DNA from: Diplonema japonicum
Taxonomy: Eukaryota; Protista; Euglenozoa: Diplonemea
Assembly: GCA_964019335.1 (NCBI GenBank)
Contig: OZ025666.1
Coordinates: forward strand, 186,001-250,000
Length of the DNA stretch: 64,000 nucleotides
Reading direction: 5' to 3'
This document shows, in pieces, positions 31,475 to 44,457 of this stretch. The notes under the pieces are model-generated. The model was given only the letters and a program-made list of their open reading frames with translations, had not been told where the DNA came from and did not search any database. How positions within the stretch are numbered: position 1 is the stretch's first letter; each line of letters starts with the position of its first letter. Made by a program: the position numbers and the translations under genes.

Positions 31475-33409
31475 ATGTCTGACTCAGACGGTGACTTCCA
31501 TTCAGAAGAAGAGGACGAGCATGATGAGGGAGCATTCTCTTTAGAAAATCTCCCGCCTGCTCCCATCGATGCGGCCCCAGTCTCAGATGTCCCTCCTCTC
31601 GACGAGATTATGCAAAAGGTGTTTAGCAAGGTGAGCAGCGGGCGGCAAAGTGTTGAAGTGGCAGCTTTGGTGGTAGGTCTGCAGACGAGCGGTGATGTGA
31701 AGCACATCAAACACAAGACGCGCCCCAACAACGAGGAGGCTGCCTTTGTCAGCTACATCGACACCTTGAAGGTCAATGACATGACGCGTATTACCTTTGG
31801 GGAGTTTCTTTCCATGGAGCCGCGTAGGTACAGCGACCCTTCTGCCAGCTCTGACAGCACAACCAGCAGCGAGACTGAGCCTACTCCTCAGCCCACCCCG
31901 AAAAGGACTCACAAACAAAGGCAGCCTGACTCTGTGAAGCGTACCCCTCCAGTCTCCCGCCGCTCACACAGCACCAATAGCGAGCCCCGCGTTGCCTTCG
32001 GTAGGTCTGTTCCTTCCGAGTCGAGTGTCACTCGCAGCCGCACCGCCCACTCGCCTTCCCCTTCCAGACGGAGCAACAGCGCCAGCAAGGTGGTGTCCCC
32101 ATTAGTCCCGCAGTCTGCACGTGCTGCGCAGCTGGAAGCCAAACGACGCGCCTTGAAAGAGCTCAACCGGAAGAAGAGCCACAAACAGCAGCAGACGCTG
32201 CAACAGCAACAGCAACACTTTCAGTTGCAACAGCAGCAGCAACAACAGCAACAGCAACAACAACACTTCCAGTTGCAACAGCAACTGCGTCAGCAACAGC
32301 AACCACAACAACAGGCGCAGCAGCACATCCGAACAGGGTCGCCTTCCCCCACTGCCCCCCGCGTGGCACAAAGGTCTCCTTCACCTGGGACAAGGCATAG
32401 CAGCGGGCAGTTGCTCTCGCCTGCACCCGTGGAGACAGACACTGATACTTTCATCAGTCTTCTGAAAGACAGGCTCACTACGCCCCAGCGGCAGCGCAGC
32501 CCCTCGATTGGGGTGGGTGTGGGGGCTGACGCGACAGAGATCATATGTCTACAAACGTTTATTGCACAGCAGCGTGAGATCATCAAAAGCCTCGAAGACA
32601 GACTGGCAGACGCAGAAGATGACGTGAAGGTTGCCGAGAGGAAGGAACACAAAGCAGTGAAGAAGGAACGGAAGGCGGTGGAACAGCAAACGCTGCTAGA
32701 GAACAAGCTGCTCCAGATGTCGAACCCGAAGGTGCTGAAGAAGCTGTTGAAGAAGCAGAATGCAGTAGAAGAAGAGATGGAGGTGACTAAGGCACCTACT
32801 TACAGCAAAGAGGAGATGGAAGAAGAGGTGCGACAGACGGTGGAGAAGGTAGAAGCAGAGATGAGTGAGATGCTGCGAGACGCTAAGCTGGCAAAAGAAG
32901 AAGTAGAAAGGAAAGCAGAGGAACTGAGGGAAGAGCTAAGGGAAGAACTCGAGGAGGCACGTCGGAAGGAGACCACAGAGTCAGGCGAAATGGAAGATCG
33001 TGTAGCGGACCTGCAGAAGGAGGTGGAGAAGAAGAATGGCAAAATCGAAGCGATTGAGAAAGAGAAGGCGGAGAGCAAGAGCACCATAGCCAACATGGAA
33101 AAGAGGGCAGAGAAGGAAGCCGCTCAAAAGAGACGCCTTGGCGACCAGATTGAAGCACTTACTCAGGATGTTGAAAGCGGAGAACGGGCGCGGAAGGAAA
33201 TGAAGAAGGAAATCGAGGATGCCAATGAAGAGAGCAAGGCAAAAGACGAAAAAATAGCGAAAATGGAAAGGGTAATAACGCTCTTAGAAAAGGTCCACCC
33301 GGGGTGCTCCACCGGGAGCTGTTCCGTGTGCGGCTCCACCACAAACTTAGAGATTCGCAAGAGCGGGTGGAAATGCAAGAAATGTGTCGGGAAAAAGAGT
33401 AAGAAATAA
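31475..33409 (+). CDS. Coiled-coil protein with polyQ and a C-terminal Cys4 zinc motif
   Basis: MSDSDG start. PolyQ at about 32186-32320. CSVCG...WKCKKC at the C-terminus. Confidence 0.75.
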   Translation: MSDSDGDFHSEEEDEHDEGAFSLENLPPAPIDAAPVSDVPPLDEIMQKVFSKVSSGRQSVEVAALVVGLQTSGDVKHIKHKTRPNNEEAAFVSYIDTLKVNDMTRITFGEFLSMEPRRYSDPSASSDSTTSSETEPTPQPTPKRTHKQRQPDSVKRTPPVSRRSHSTNSEPRVAFGRSVPSESSVTRSRTAHSPSPSRRSNSASKVVSPLVPQSARAAQLEAKRRALKELNRKKSHKQQQTLQQQQQHFQLQQQQQQQQQQQQHFQLQQQLRQQQQPQQQAQQHIRTGSPSPTAPRVAQRSPSPGTRHSSGQLLSPAPVETDTDTFISLLKDRLTTPQRQRSPSIGVGVGADATEIICLQTFIAQQREIIKSLEDRLADAEDDVKVAERKEHKAVKKERKAVEQQTLLENKLLQMSNPKVLKKLLKKQNAVEEEMEVTKAPTYSKEEMEEEVRQTVEKVEAEMSEMLRDAKLAKEEVERKAEELREELREELEEARRKETTESGEMEDRVADLQKEVEKKNGKIEAIEKEKAESKSTIANMEKRAEKEAAQKRRLGDQIEALTQDVESGERARKEMKKEIEDANEESKAKDEKIAKMERVITLLEKVHPGCSTGSCSVCGSTTNLEIRKSGWKCKKCVGKKSKK

Positions 33410-33667
33410 ACAAAAAAAAAAACCCCTTTTGTCCCCTCCCCACTTTTCCCCCGTACTTGGTGTATTGTTTCCCTCATCCAGTTTCCCGCCATCCCCGTAA
33501 AAAAAATTTTTTTTTCCCCGTTAACCCGTAACCCACCTCCTCTCAATTGTGCTTTTCCCCCCCCCACCCTTTCCCTACCCTTTGTTTTTGTTACCCTTCC
33601 CCCTTTGTTCATTTCCCTCTTTTTTTTGTTTTGTTCCTCTGTCCGTCACCTCTAACATAGGAGAAGA

Positions 33668-36600
33668 ATGTTGTTAAGAGTTTATGTAGTATTGCTGTTG
33701 ACAGTTGGCATTGTGGAGGGTGCAGGGTCGGGTAGTTGTTCGGGATCTGGAAGCAATGCGTGTGCCACACCAGACCCAGTGAACCATCTCCAGACGATTT
33801 TGACGTGGGATTGCAACGGGAGGATTAGGTTCCTACCGGACAACCCTGTCTTTAACGTGAATATAGACGCGCCGTTGCTGAGGAGGGGTTTCACTGCACT
33901 GCTGGACGGGATCAACACCTACGTGACGGCACATTGCGATGCGCTGGCCACCAGCATCAACCAAGCAGAGTTTCTAGAACGTTTCCACCCTATTAGCGTC
34001 ATGCTCTACGGCAACAGGTTGTACAAGGGAGGGAAACCCATCACCGCTAAAAGCTGCCTCGACGACTACAAGACTTTCACCAGAGATCTCTTAAAGGTCT
34101 ACGAATCCTTCACAGGAAAATCCTCCTTTGAAATGCCGTCTTCATGCCCTTACTACTACTGGGAGCAAAACGGCAATTGTTCCTTCACGCACGAGCTCAT
34201 GGAGCTCGGTGCTGAATTACAATTCGTAGCGAAGCGCTGCGACACCACGGATTTCTTCAAGTTCAGTCTTGGATGTGCGGGGCCAGGGTGCTCTGTGTTC
34301 AAACCGTGTAGGGAGGATTCGGACTGCAACTCTAAAGACCATTTGATTTGCGCAGACCCATTCCAATGGGAGGACCCCAAGGTGAAGGGACCCGCAAAAT
34401 TTACCGAAGCCGATGTTTATAATATTCTTCGTGACACTTTCAGGCTGTATGCATCTACCGGCGACGTCACAACCGAGACCTGTGACAAGCCGCGGAAACT
34501 CTTTGAAACCTTCATCAAAAGGTTCGCGAAGTACATTATCGACAGCCCGGAAGCCCTCGGCAGGTCGTCCTGCGAGAGCGGCACTTGCAAGATATGTCTC
34601 CCCAACCACATCACGGCCTTTGAGGACATCTTCCAAGAGTTCCCCGGCCGTTGGAAGGAAGTCGATGAGACGAAATACCCAAAGTCGCGTTTAAAGTACG
34701 ACAAGGACGGCTGCGCGTTGTCCCCTGAGCGCATCGCCGGGAACTCATCGTTCATCATCAACGATGACTATCCTACGATCGCAGAGCCAAGCCAGCCTCC
34801 TGGTCTATACCCTGGCCTGACATCTAGCTTTGCTACCTCGCCTCTTGTCATGGGCACCAAGATGTATCTAAAAGGCTCGAAGATCTACATCGGCGGGAAC
34901 ACATGTGCCGCCGATGCAATGTGCGGGACCACCGGCACAACAGTGAGGGGTATCTGCATCAACAACGTTCAGTACTGCACCATGGCGCAGGATGAGTGTT
35001 CCAAGCAGGACCTTTGCGAGTGGGACCCCGCTTCGGGGCCGTCCGGTAGCTGCATCCCGACTGTCTCCGCAGCCGCCGACACTTCGAAGAAATGTGCGTG
35101 CTTTGTGTTGGAAAAGCTCACCTCTACCAACTCTTCGTACGGCTTCATCTACGGCAAGACGTGCGCCGACAAGAAGTACATCCCAGTTGTGGAAGCAAAC
35201 AGCATTGCATCGGCCATCTACGCCGACGGTGTGCACAAGTGGAGAGGGCAGTACGACCCGTTCATCTACTGGAAGGGGAAGTACGCAGCTGACGGAATCG
35301 ACCCCTTCACAGTGAGGGACCATTGGAAGGCCTTTCCCGATACAACTGCACCGGATGAGGAGACGCATATCGCCTCTGTGGAGTGCAATGGTGTAATCCA
35401 CTTCTTGCAGAACACACCCTTTGCCGTCAGGATACACGCACCCATGCTGAGCGACGTGCTGCAGTGGTGGGCTGAGGTGGGCCTCGACGTTTGGAAGTGC
35501 CGCGACAGCAGGAACATGAACGACATTAGGTATTTGATCTCCAACGCGCTATGGCGCCCCGAGCCATGGCTCTACGCCAAAGTGGTCGACCTCGCGTTAT
35601 CGAGCCACTCGGAGCCGCCTGGCTTCATAAATACTCTCACGCAGTGGATGTTCCCCACCGTAGCCAATGCTCTCAGCGCAACAGGCTTCGAGCTGTTCAA
35701 TTTCCAGCACCTTGCAAAACTAGCCTCCGATTTCCACCTTAGCAAGTGGACAGATCCTGACAAAGGTGGCGAGGTGGGCACTGAATACACCGGCATGAGA
35801 GGTGTGCAAATGGACCAGGCATGGAGCCTGAGGTTCCGCGCATCTGCCTGCCCCTCGCACACCATGGGTCTTGTGCGGTACGATCTGACGTGTCTGGGGA
35901 GGAGCTGCAGCGAGTTGATGCTGGACACGACTTGCGACACAGACAGCGACTGTGCCCTGCCGTCGAAGTGCCTGAACATCTTTTCGGACATCTACGACGA
36001 AGACCTCCCGAAACAGATGATGTGGGGTGCCGAAAGGGAGATGGGCACTGGCGTGTCACTCTTCACTGATGAGTCTCTGTGCCCGGCGCTTGAAGGGTAC
36101 GGCAAGAACGGGCAGACTTCACGTGTTAATACAAAGGAGCCTATCCGGTCGATGGTGTCAGGCCTTTGGGAATCAGGGAGATTCGCAGGGTGCACCAGAA
36201 GGAAGGAGGATGACTGCTGGGGGCAGTGCGAGTGGACGGGGACATGCTTGGACAAGGTCAAGATGCCAACAATCTCGAACACGAAGGACCTGAAGTTCTG
36301 TGCACCGTACGTGTACCCCCCTTACGAGGCGTTCGTGACAAGCAGGTCGGCAGCCACACCTATCATAGGAAAGCCCAACTCAACCAACCTGTACACCCTC
36401 AAAGAGGAAAAGGTCCACGGTGCTAGCGTATCCGCGTTGGTCTTTGGTGTGGCAGACGACTCGACGACCCTTGCCCCGCCCTTGGCCATGACGTCCGAGC
36501 CCGTTGAAAAGCCCGTCGTCACAAGCAACACCGCGACCTTCGGGACATCCTTCATCGCAGTCATGCTCGCAATGGCGCTCATCGTGTGCGTCGCCTCAGC

Positions 36601-37596
36601 CTGCGTGTGGTACAACTACATCAAGGTCACAAAGTCCGAGAGGGAAAGGGTCAGCCGCTTGCTCGGCCTCACGTTCTTCTTCAAGCGCGACAACGACGTC
36701 TACGGCAGAGACCTCATGATCCCGGAAATGGAGAATAGATGGCTCCCGGGACAAAGCGTATGTTCAAGACACAACATAACATACCCCCATATGCAGAAAG
36801 CGAACAAGAAGAAAGCAGGATCCGCCGAGTCACTGGTCGATAAGGTGTCGGAGGAAGATCTCAGCGACAAGGACTCGGTACCATTGGAAACCCCGAAGGA
36901 TGAGGTACATATTCATCGTTCCCCCCAATTTTTTTTTCTCTTAAAAGGCGGACAACGAGGTCGAAATGGACGAGCTGACAAAGTCGGCACTGTCCCCAGG
37001 GGGATCCTTTACGGTATGGGTTTTCTCCCCCCCCCTTTTTTTTTAAAAAAAATTCCAATCAGGCGGGGAACGCACGACCTCCCAGCACCACAGGGCGGCA
37101 CCACAGTAGGAGGCCGTCGTCGAGCCCCCGTCCAGGTTCTGAAGAGTTTTACCCTGATTCAGTTAATGGGAGTTTTGGTGGGAAGCCCATGAGCGGAAGG
37201 GAGTCCTTCAGCCAGATTCGTAGCCCGGTGTATGGAAAGAACGATGACTGGACCAGTGTCGTGAGCACAGGGAGTCCTGCACGGAAGAAGGCCTCTAGGG
37301 TGCCGTCTCACAATAATAGGGGGTCAGGCTCTTCTTACCCAGGGATCCGTCTGCCCTCTGCCAAGCAGCAGCTTCCTGTCGATGAGGTGCTCCCACCTGG
37401 CCCGTCACCTTCTGGACGACAGACGTACCACCACCCGCAGCAGAGTCTTTCCCCTGTGCAGAGGCACAGTATTAATACCAACCCGTTGCAGGACCAAGCT
37501 ATCTCAGAGGCAAGGGGTACAATTTCTCGAGGAGGTACCCAAGCTATAGGAAGCGCTGTTGACAAATATGCGAAAACCACTAAGCATGGATACTGA
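33668..37596 (+). CDS. Cys-rich type I membrane protein; introns 36758-36796, 36905-36947, 37014-37062
   Basis: Signal peptide and TM helix FIAVMLAMALIVCVASACVWY. The three GT-AG introns join the ORF in frame to 37189..37596. Confidence 0.8.
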
Positions 37597-37612
37597 AGGG
37601 GGAGAGAGAGGG

Positions 37613-37645
<33 letters not shown>

Positions 37646-39024
37646 AGAAGAAGAAAACATATGCGCACGAAATTAATTTTTTAGAAAGGCTTCTCCGGAC
37701 GGACTTGCAGAAACGGGGGAAAAAAAAATGTATGTTTCCCCCTCCCCCCCTTCTTCTTTTTTTTTTTGTGTTGGGTTGGGATAACTCTCACCGTGCTCTC
37801 CAGAATGATGAAATAATATGTAAAAGGTCTGATCTTTATGCCCGTACTCCTCTTTACTTTTCTCTTTTTCTTTTTTTCTTGCTCTCTCTTCTTTGTTTTG
37901 TTTTTGTTTTGTTTCTTGCAGCCCTGTTCGTTCCATCACTCTCTCTTTCCCCTCCGTGTATTTGTGTTTTCTTTTCCTTTTATCTTTTTTTCTTCTTTTT
38001 TTTTTTTCACCCCTCTCTCTTCTTCTCGTTTTCTTTTCTTTTTTTTGTTCTTTTTCAAAACCTGCTCTCCTGGGCCTCAAAGGCCACCGAAGTCTCATTG
38101 AAAAGATGGTCTTTCATGATATCTAAGGAATCTTTTGACCCCCTACTTAGGTGAGCAGGAGAAGGAGAACGGGGAGAAGAATGAGAAGGAGAAGAAAAAA
38201 AAAAGAAAGAAATAGAGAAACAAAATGGAATTGAGTGCAAAAAAAAGAGAAAAAAAAAAGAGAGAAGAGGGAGTAGTGAGAGGAAATTGAGGGTTTCAAA
38301 GAAAACAAAATAAAATAAAAGAGAGAGGGGTAGAGGAGAAAAAAAAAAAGAAAGAGAAAGGGGAAGGGTACTGATTATGAAATTTGAAAGACGCCTTCTC
38401 TTGGGGAGGCGATCTCTGATGAAATGGAAAAGAGCAAGATACAAATAGGAAACTCCAGGCACATCTGCCTGTCTTGCTATGTTGTGTTGTGTTGTGTGTT
38501 TTTTGTAAAGGAAAACAATGGCACGAATTAATAATTTTGCACCCACTGGGAAAAAAAAAGGAAAATACACACAGATGTTAGAACCGCAAAAAAAGAATAC
38601 ATGAATCCCCCTCCCCTTCGACGCCTGGCATTAAGGCTGCTTATAAAAGTTATTCCCCTCCTCCCTGGCCCCCGCTTTTTATCTTTTTTTTTTTACCCTC
38701 CCTCCTTTTTTTTTTCTTCTATGTGTTTAGAAAGTCAATGGACAATGGAAAAACAGAGGGGGAGGGGGGGAGCAAAGGCCTGAGAGCAGGGGTGTAAGAA
38801 AAAAAAAAAACAGTAATATAAAAAAAAAAAAGACAGGAGGGAAGGAGAAAAGGAAGAGAAAAAAAAAACAATAAAAATCTCATTTTTTTTTATTTTCCTC
38901 CTTTTTTTTCTTCTTCTTCTTCTTTCTTTGTCTCGTTCCCCCCCCCAAAAAAAAAGAAATCAGTTTCTGTGTTTAGTTTCGATAAGAAAAAAAATTAGTA
39001 CAAAAAGAAAATCCACCTTCCTTC

Positions 39025-39060
<36 letters not shown>

Positions 39061-39117
39061 TTCTCTTCTGGATATTGTTTTTCACTCCTCCAGCCAGATA
39101 TACCGTTACACACAAGC

Positions 39118-40026
39118 ATGTACCTTGTAGCAGTAGCACCGGGAGGCCAGCAGGCTACACTATCTATCGACCCAAAGGACACGGTGAACGATCTCCGCAG
39201 ACATGTGAAAGCAGCGCATGGCGTGACGTCTTTCGATATTGTGTACAACGGGGAACCTCTAAAGACCCTGGCACTCCCTCTGAGCAGTCTGGGGTTAAGC
39301 GAAGGCGACAAGATCAACGTACTATTCTCCGCTGCGGAAAAACGACAGGATCTCCTAGTAACAGCAAGAATCGCCGAGACGGCAGAGAGATACGAAGACC
39401 TCGTGGTCATGCTCAAGGAGGCAATCGAAATCGATCAAAACCTCGAAAGAACAGAAAGGGAAATGCTTTCAACCGGCTACCGCAATTTAATCTCAATTAA
39501 AAGAAGCGCTTGGAGGGTTGTAAAATCTGAGTTAGAGTCTGCTGGTGAAGACACACACTCCCTGGTGATGGAATATTTGAGCAACATTGAAACAGAGATA
39601 AAAGAACTTTGCAACGAGGTGTTGGAGCTCATCCCACGATTGGAATCTGTGCTCACGCCGAGAAAGCTAAGCGACAAGCTGTTCTACAAAAAGATGAGAG
39701 GGGACTACCACAGGTACCATGCAGAGGTTTCTAAGGACAAGTTCCACATTGACTGTGCCAAGGAGCTGTATGACAGCGGCTTCGAAGAGGCCTCCGCTGG
39801 GCTCGAACCCACGGACCCGATCACCTTGGGTGTTGCTCTTAACGTCTCTGTCTTCTACCATGACATTATGAACGACACGTCACATGCAGTTGACATCGCT
39901 AAGCTTGCCTTCGACAATGCCATTACAGCTCTCGATTCTCTAGACGACTCTAGCTACAAGGACTCCACCCTCATCATGCAGCTGCTTAGGGACAACTTGA
40001 CCCTGTGGACATCGGAGGAGGATTAA
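39118..40026 (+). CDS. Ubiquitin-like domain fused to a 14-3-3 domain
   Basis: N-terminal TLSIDPKDTVNDLRRHV...IVYNGEPL...LSSLGLSEGDKINV. 14-3-3 signatures KMRGDYHRY and DSTLIMQLLRDNLTLWTS. Confidence 0.9.
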   Translation: MYLVAVAPGGQQATLSIDPKDTVNDLRRHVKAAHGVTSFDIVYNGEPLKTLALPLSSLGLSEGDKINVLFSAAEKRQDLLVTARIAETAERYEDLVVMLKEAIEIDQNLERTEREMLSTGYRNLISIKRSAWRVVKSELESAGEDTHSLVMEYLSNIETEIKELCNEVLELIPRLESVLTPRKLSDKLFYKKMRGDYHRYHAEVSKDKFHIDCAKELYDSGFEEASAGLEPTDPITLGVALNVSVFYHDIMNDTSHAVDIAKLAFDNAITALDSLDDSSYKDSTLIMQLLRDNLTLWTSEED

Positions 40027-40630
40027 AGAGAAACATGAGCGGGGGGGGGGGGAATGGGATCGGGTATTTACTGCGGGTTTTTTTTTTTCTTCTTCCCCTA
40101 ACCTACATTTTCTTTTATTTGAACACTGTAAAAACCCCGGGGAGGGGGGGAGGGGGGAACGTTCGGGTTTGGAGAGCGTTTGGGGTAAAGAGGGTATCGG
40201 GGTATTTTTTTTTTTTTTAAATCGGTTTTACAGTATGTATTAAAAGAAACAAAAACAAAAAAAAAAGCTTTGCCTGACAGAGTGGGAGGGAGAAATAATT
40301 AGTGGAACGTTGCTAACTAACCGCTTCTCATCACCAGTAGTGAATTCATTTTCTTTTCTTCTTTTTTTTTTTGTATAATAAGGAACATATTGCGTCCACA
40401 AACTACTCGCTAGTTGGTTTCACGTCTGAAGAGATACAGCGGGCCAAAAAGCAGCGCCAGAGTCAACCACAAGATGACATGGTTTTTATTTTTATTATTA
40501 TTATTTTTTTTTTTTTTATGGTCTTACCCCCCATCCCCTCCTTATATGTTGTTGTTTTTTCTTCCAATTCCGTTTCGATGACACTAACAATAAGTAAAAA
40601 CCCCTCCCACAGGACACACAATTTGCTTAG

Positions 40631-43600
40631 ATGGCCGACGGCACACCGCTCCGCAACGTCAGCAATGGCAACGCGATGAGGCCGCCTAGACAGAGCTTCC
40701 TGCCTGGCGGTGTCCTGACTCCTCGGAAAGTGAACATGGAGGGGAAGGAGAACTATGTTGCAAAGAGTGACTACCAGGTGTTGAGGGTGAAGCTCAACAG
40801 GCTGAACCATGAGCTGCACGACGCAAAGTTCGAGCTTGAAGAGACAAGGGACAAGCTGCACAAGAAGGAGGATGAGTGCGTCAAGCTGTTCAAAGACAAG
40901 AGGAACCTCGAGATCAAAGGCGGCCTCAAGTCAGAGAACGGTTTCAAAAACCGCGAGTCCCGTGTCGCCTCTCGCAACAGGGTCAACGACCTTACCGACA
41001 AGGTTGCCAAGCTCCAGTCGCAGCTCTACCAGTCCGACTGCGACACGAAGGGCACCATCAACACCCTCTCTGCTGTCTCCGCCGAGCTTCAGCAGGAGAT
41101 CAACGAAATCTCGTCAGAGCTCGAGTCCGAGATCCAGGTAAAAGAATCCCTGGAGAGCCAGTGCGAGTCACTCGAGTCCGCAATGCAATGCATGGCAGAC
41201 GCAAAGGAGGAGTCAACAGCTGATATAAAGAGACTGCAAATGGAGATCTTCGATATGAAAGCTGAGAAAGAAACGGCAGCTGAGAGATGCAGCGCCCTTG
41301 TTGCGGAGGTGGAGCAGTGCATGCACAGGGAAAACGAGGCGAACCAGAAAGTCCAAAACGCAGAGGTGACCCTTGCCAAGTACGAGGCCGAGATCAAGCG
41401 CCTGTCTGAGGTGTGGAACCAGAACAACAGCAACATCTCCGACGCGAGAAGAATCAACATGCAGCTGCAAGATGAGAACGCCTCGCTCAACGCCGCTCTT
41501 AAGAAGGCTGAGATGAACATGAACCTTCAGCTTGAAGAGGCCAACGAGTCGGTGATGAGGCACAAGAGCAACTCGCAGGAGCTGATCGAGAACGAGACGA
41601 GGCTCAGACAAGACTTGACCTCCGCACATGAGGTAGTTTCCAAGCTACAGGGGGAACTGGGCAATGCGCACAAGGCAATGGCTGCCAGCAACGAGAAACT
41701 CAGCCACATGGACTCTCTTGCACAAGAGATGGCAAGCTTGCACAAAATGAACAACGACCTCACTGCTGAGATCGAGAAGTACGAAGGAGCACTCGCCGCT
41801 GCGAAGGACGCCCACCGTGTTCAGGCTAAGGAGGCTAACACTCAGATCGCCCGCATGAACCAAGACTTCCAGGAGAAACTCCATGCAATTCAGGTAGAGG
41901 GCACTGAGAGGCTGAGTCAGCAGGAGCAGATGTTCAAGGAAGCACTTGCAGGAGAGGCAACGAAGGGAGCCATCATGGAGCAGCAGCTAAGCGGTCTCAA
42001 GGAGCAACTGCAGCACCACCTCGCCAACCAGGCGCAGTACCACGAGCAGATGAACGCATTGAACTCACAGGTCAACCAGAGGGAGAGGGAGTTCGCTGAC
42101 AAGGAGAAGGAGCTGATCCACGAGAACTCTGTGAAGGAGAAGGAGATTATGCAGCTGAACGCATGCAGAGAAAGGGACATCGCTCAGCTGAGCGCGGCGA
42201 AGAAGGAGGAGTTGGGACAGCTGGCCACGGTGAAGAACAAGGAGATGGAACAGCTAAATGCAAGGTACGAGGCGGAGATGCAGAAGACAATGGGCCAGCA
42301 CGCAGAGGCGATGGCAACCATGAAGGAACAGTTCAAGCAGCAGTTGGAACACGAAGTGGCTAGACTGACCCAGCAGGCTCAGGTGAAGGACAAGGAGATG
42401 GAACAGCTAAATGCAAGGTACGAGGCAGAGATGCAGAAGGCGATGGGCCAGCACGCAGAAGTGACGGCAACCATGAAGGAACAGTTCAGGCAGCAGACAT
42501 GCCAGTTGGAACACGAAGTGACTAGGCTGACTCAGCAAGCTCAGGGCATGCAGGAGCAGGCACAGCAGATGTCCGAAGAGGCCCAGAAGCAGCAGGAAGG
42601 CGTGCTGGAGGAGAATGATGAGCTGAAGCACGACATCATGCTGCGCGAGGAAGAGATTGAGAAGCTGAGTGCAGAGAAGGTGTCGACGAAGAAGGCGTTC
42701 GAAGATCACGTCGCGTCGCTGCACGTTGAGTACGAGAGAGTTGTCACAGAGGGCAACTCGCTGAAGGAACGCACCATGCAGCTGCAGAGCTTCATCTCCG
42801 AGCTCGAGAAGGTCCACACTGAGGCAGAGAGCGCCTTCACCAAGAAGATCCACAGCCAGAAGGAGAAGGAAAGCGCTTTGGAAGAAAGCAATACAAAGAT
42901 GAACAAGCTTGTCAACGAGAAGAACAGCCTCATCACCGAGCTCGAGGGGCAGAACAGCATCCTTATGAGCAAGTACGAGGCACACTCCAAAGCACACCAC
43001 CAGATGGAAGGGGTCGTAAAGCAGGCCGAGCATGGTATATTTCACATCAAACACCAATAAACCTTGCAACACAGAACGCGACGCAATGGCAGCCAAGATG
43101 AGCCACATGAACGCCAGGCTGCAGGAGAAGGACAAGGTAAACAACAACATGCAGGAAGAGTATGTTCCCACCACCACCCCGCAACACCACCCCAGGGGCA
43201 TGAAGCTAGAGGCCGCCTTCGCTGAGCTAATGGACGCGTCGACCGACATGTCGTCCAAGAACGAGGAGCTCAAGAAGACCATCGAATCCATGAAGAGGGG
43301 TATGTGCTGCAGTTTTCTTTTGTTGCAACCACCGCAACAATACAGAAAACGCAAATATTGCGAAAAAGCTTACCGTGGAGCACGGCAAGGTGGACGCCTT
43401 CGAGGCGAAGATGAAGGAGGGCATGAGGCTGCAGGAGGAGTTCAACCGCATCGTAGCACAGAAGCAGGACTGCGACGAGGTGATCCACCGCTCCGAGATG
43501 GAGGCGAAGAACATGAAGCAGGCCAACAGGGCGCTCAAGGACCAGCTCGAAGAAGTACATGACAAAGCGTCGGCATTGGAGGAAATGGCACAGAGCCTTG

Positions 43601-44352
43601 AGAAGCAAAACGCAAGCTTAAGCGCAGAGGTAAAAAGGAGAAGGGAGAGGAAGAGCAGCATGAGGGAGGAACAATCCAACGAGCTGCTTGCGAGGCTCGG
43701 AGACCTGGAGAGCGTGCTCGTTACGAAGGAAGATGAAATCCAGGATCTAAAGCAGAAACTGACTCAACTAGGTGAGACCGCCCAAGAATACAAGAAACAA
43801 GCTAGATCCATGAAGGAGCAGAAGACAATAATGGAGGAAAGCATGATGGACGCCGACATAAACACAACCGAAGAGCTGAACACGCTCAGGGAGAAAGTAG
43901 CATTGCTGGAGGAAAGCGAGGCAGATGCTTCTGAGGCCGTCCTAGACAGAGAGAACAAGATGAAGCAGCTCGTGAGGGAGATCGAGTTAAGAGACGACGA
44001 GCTGGACACCATGGAAGACGCCAAGGAGGAGGCAGAATCATCTTTGAAGGAGGTCATCGAGAGGACTGAGAAACTCAAGGAAAAACTGGAGAGCAAGAAC
44101 AACGAACTGAAGACGGTCAAGAACCAGCTGAAGTGCGCTGTTAAAGAGGCCAACGAGAAGATTCAGAACCTCAACACTGAAAACGGCCGTCTCGAGGCTG
44201 TAGCGAACGGATACCGTGAGGAGGTCGAAGGGCTCGCAAGAAAGAGCGAACTCCAGAAACACAGAAAGCAGCGCGCCTCCATCGCTGCCATCAAAAAAAA
44301 CCTGAAATCCATGGAAGAAGACGATGCCGATGTAGAGGAACTGAGGGAGTAG
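40631..44352 (+). CDS. Long coiled-coil protein; introns 43035-43074, 43160-43195, 43300-43345
   Basis: The introns join ORFs 40631, 43032 and 43375 in frame. Internal ~50-aa duplication KEMEQLNARYEAEMQK..GQHAE at about 42230-42540. Confidence 0.85.
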
Positions 44353-44405
44353 GGGAAACGAAAAAAAAAAAAAAAAGAAAGAAAAAAAGAAGAAGAAAAA
44401 ATTGT

Positions 44406-44457
<52 letters not shown>

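Noticed and set aside
43035-43345. Frameshifted pseudogenes (also at 27051-27296, 36905-37062, 45831-45967)
   Set aside because: Each frame break is explained exactly by a short GT-AG intron.
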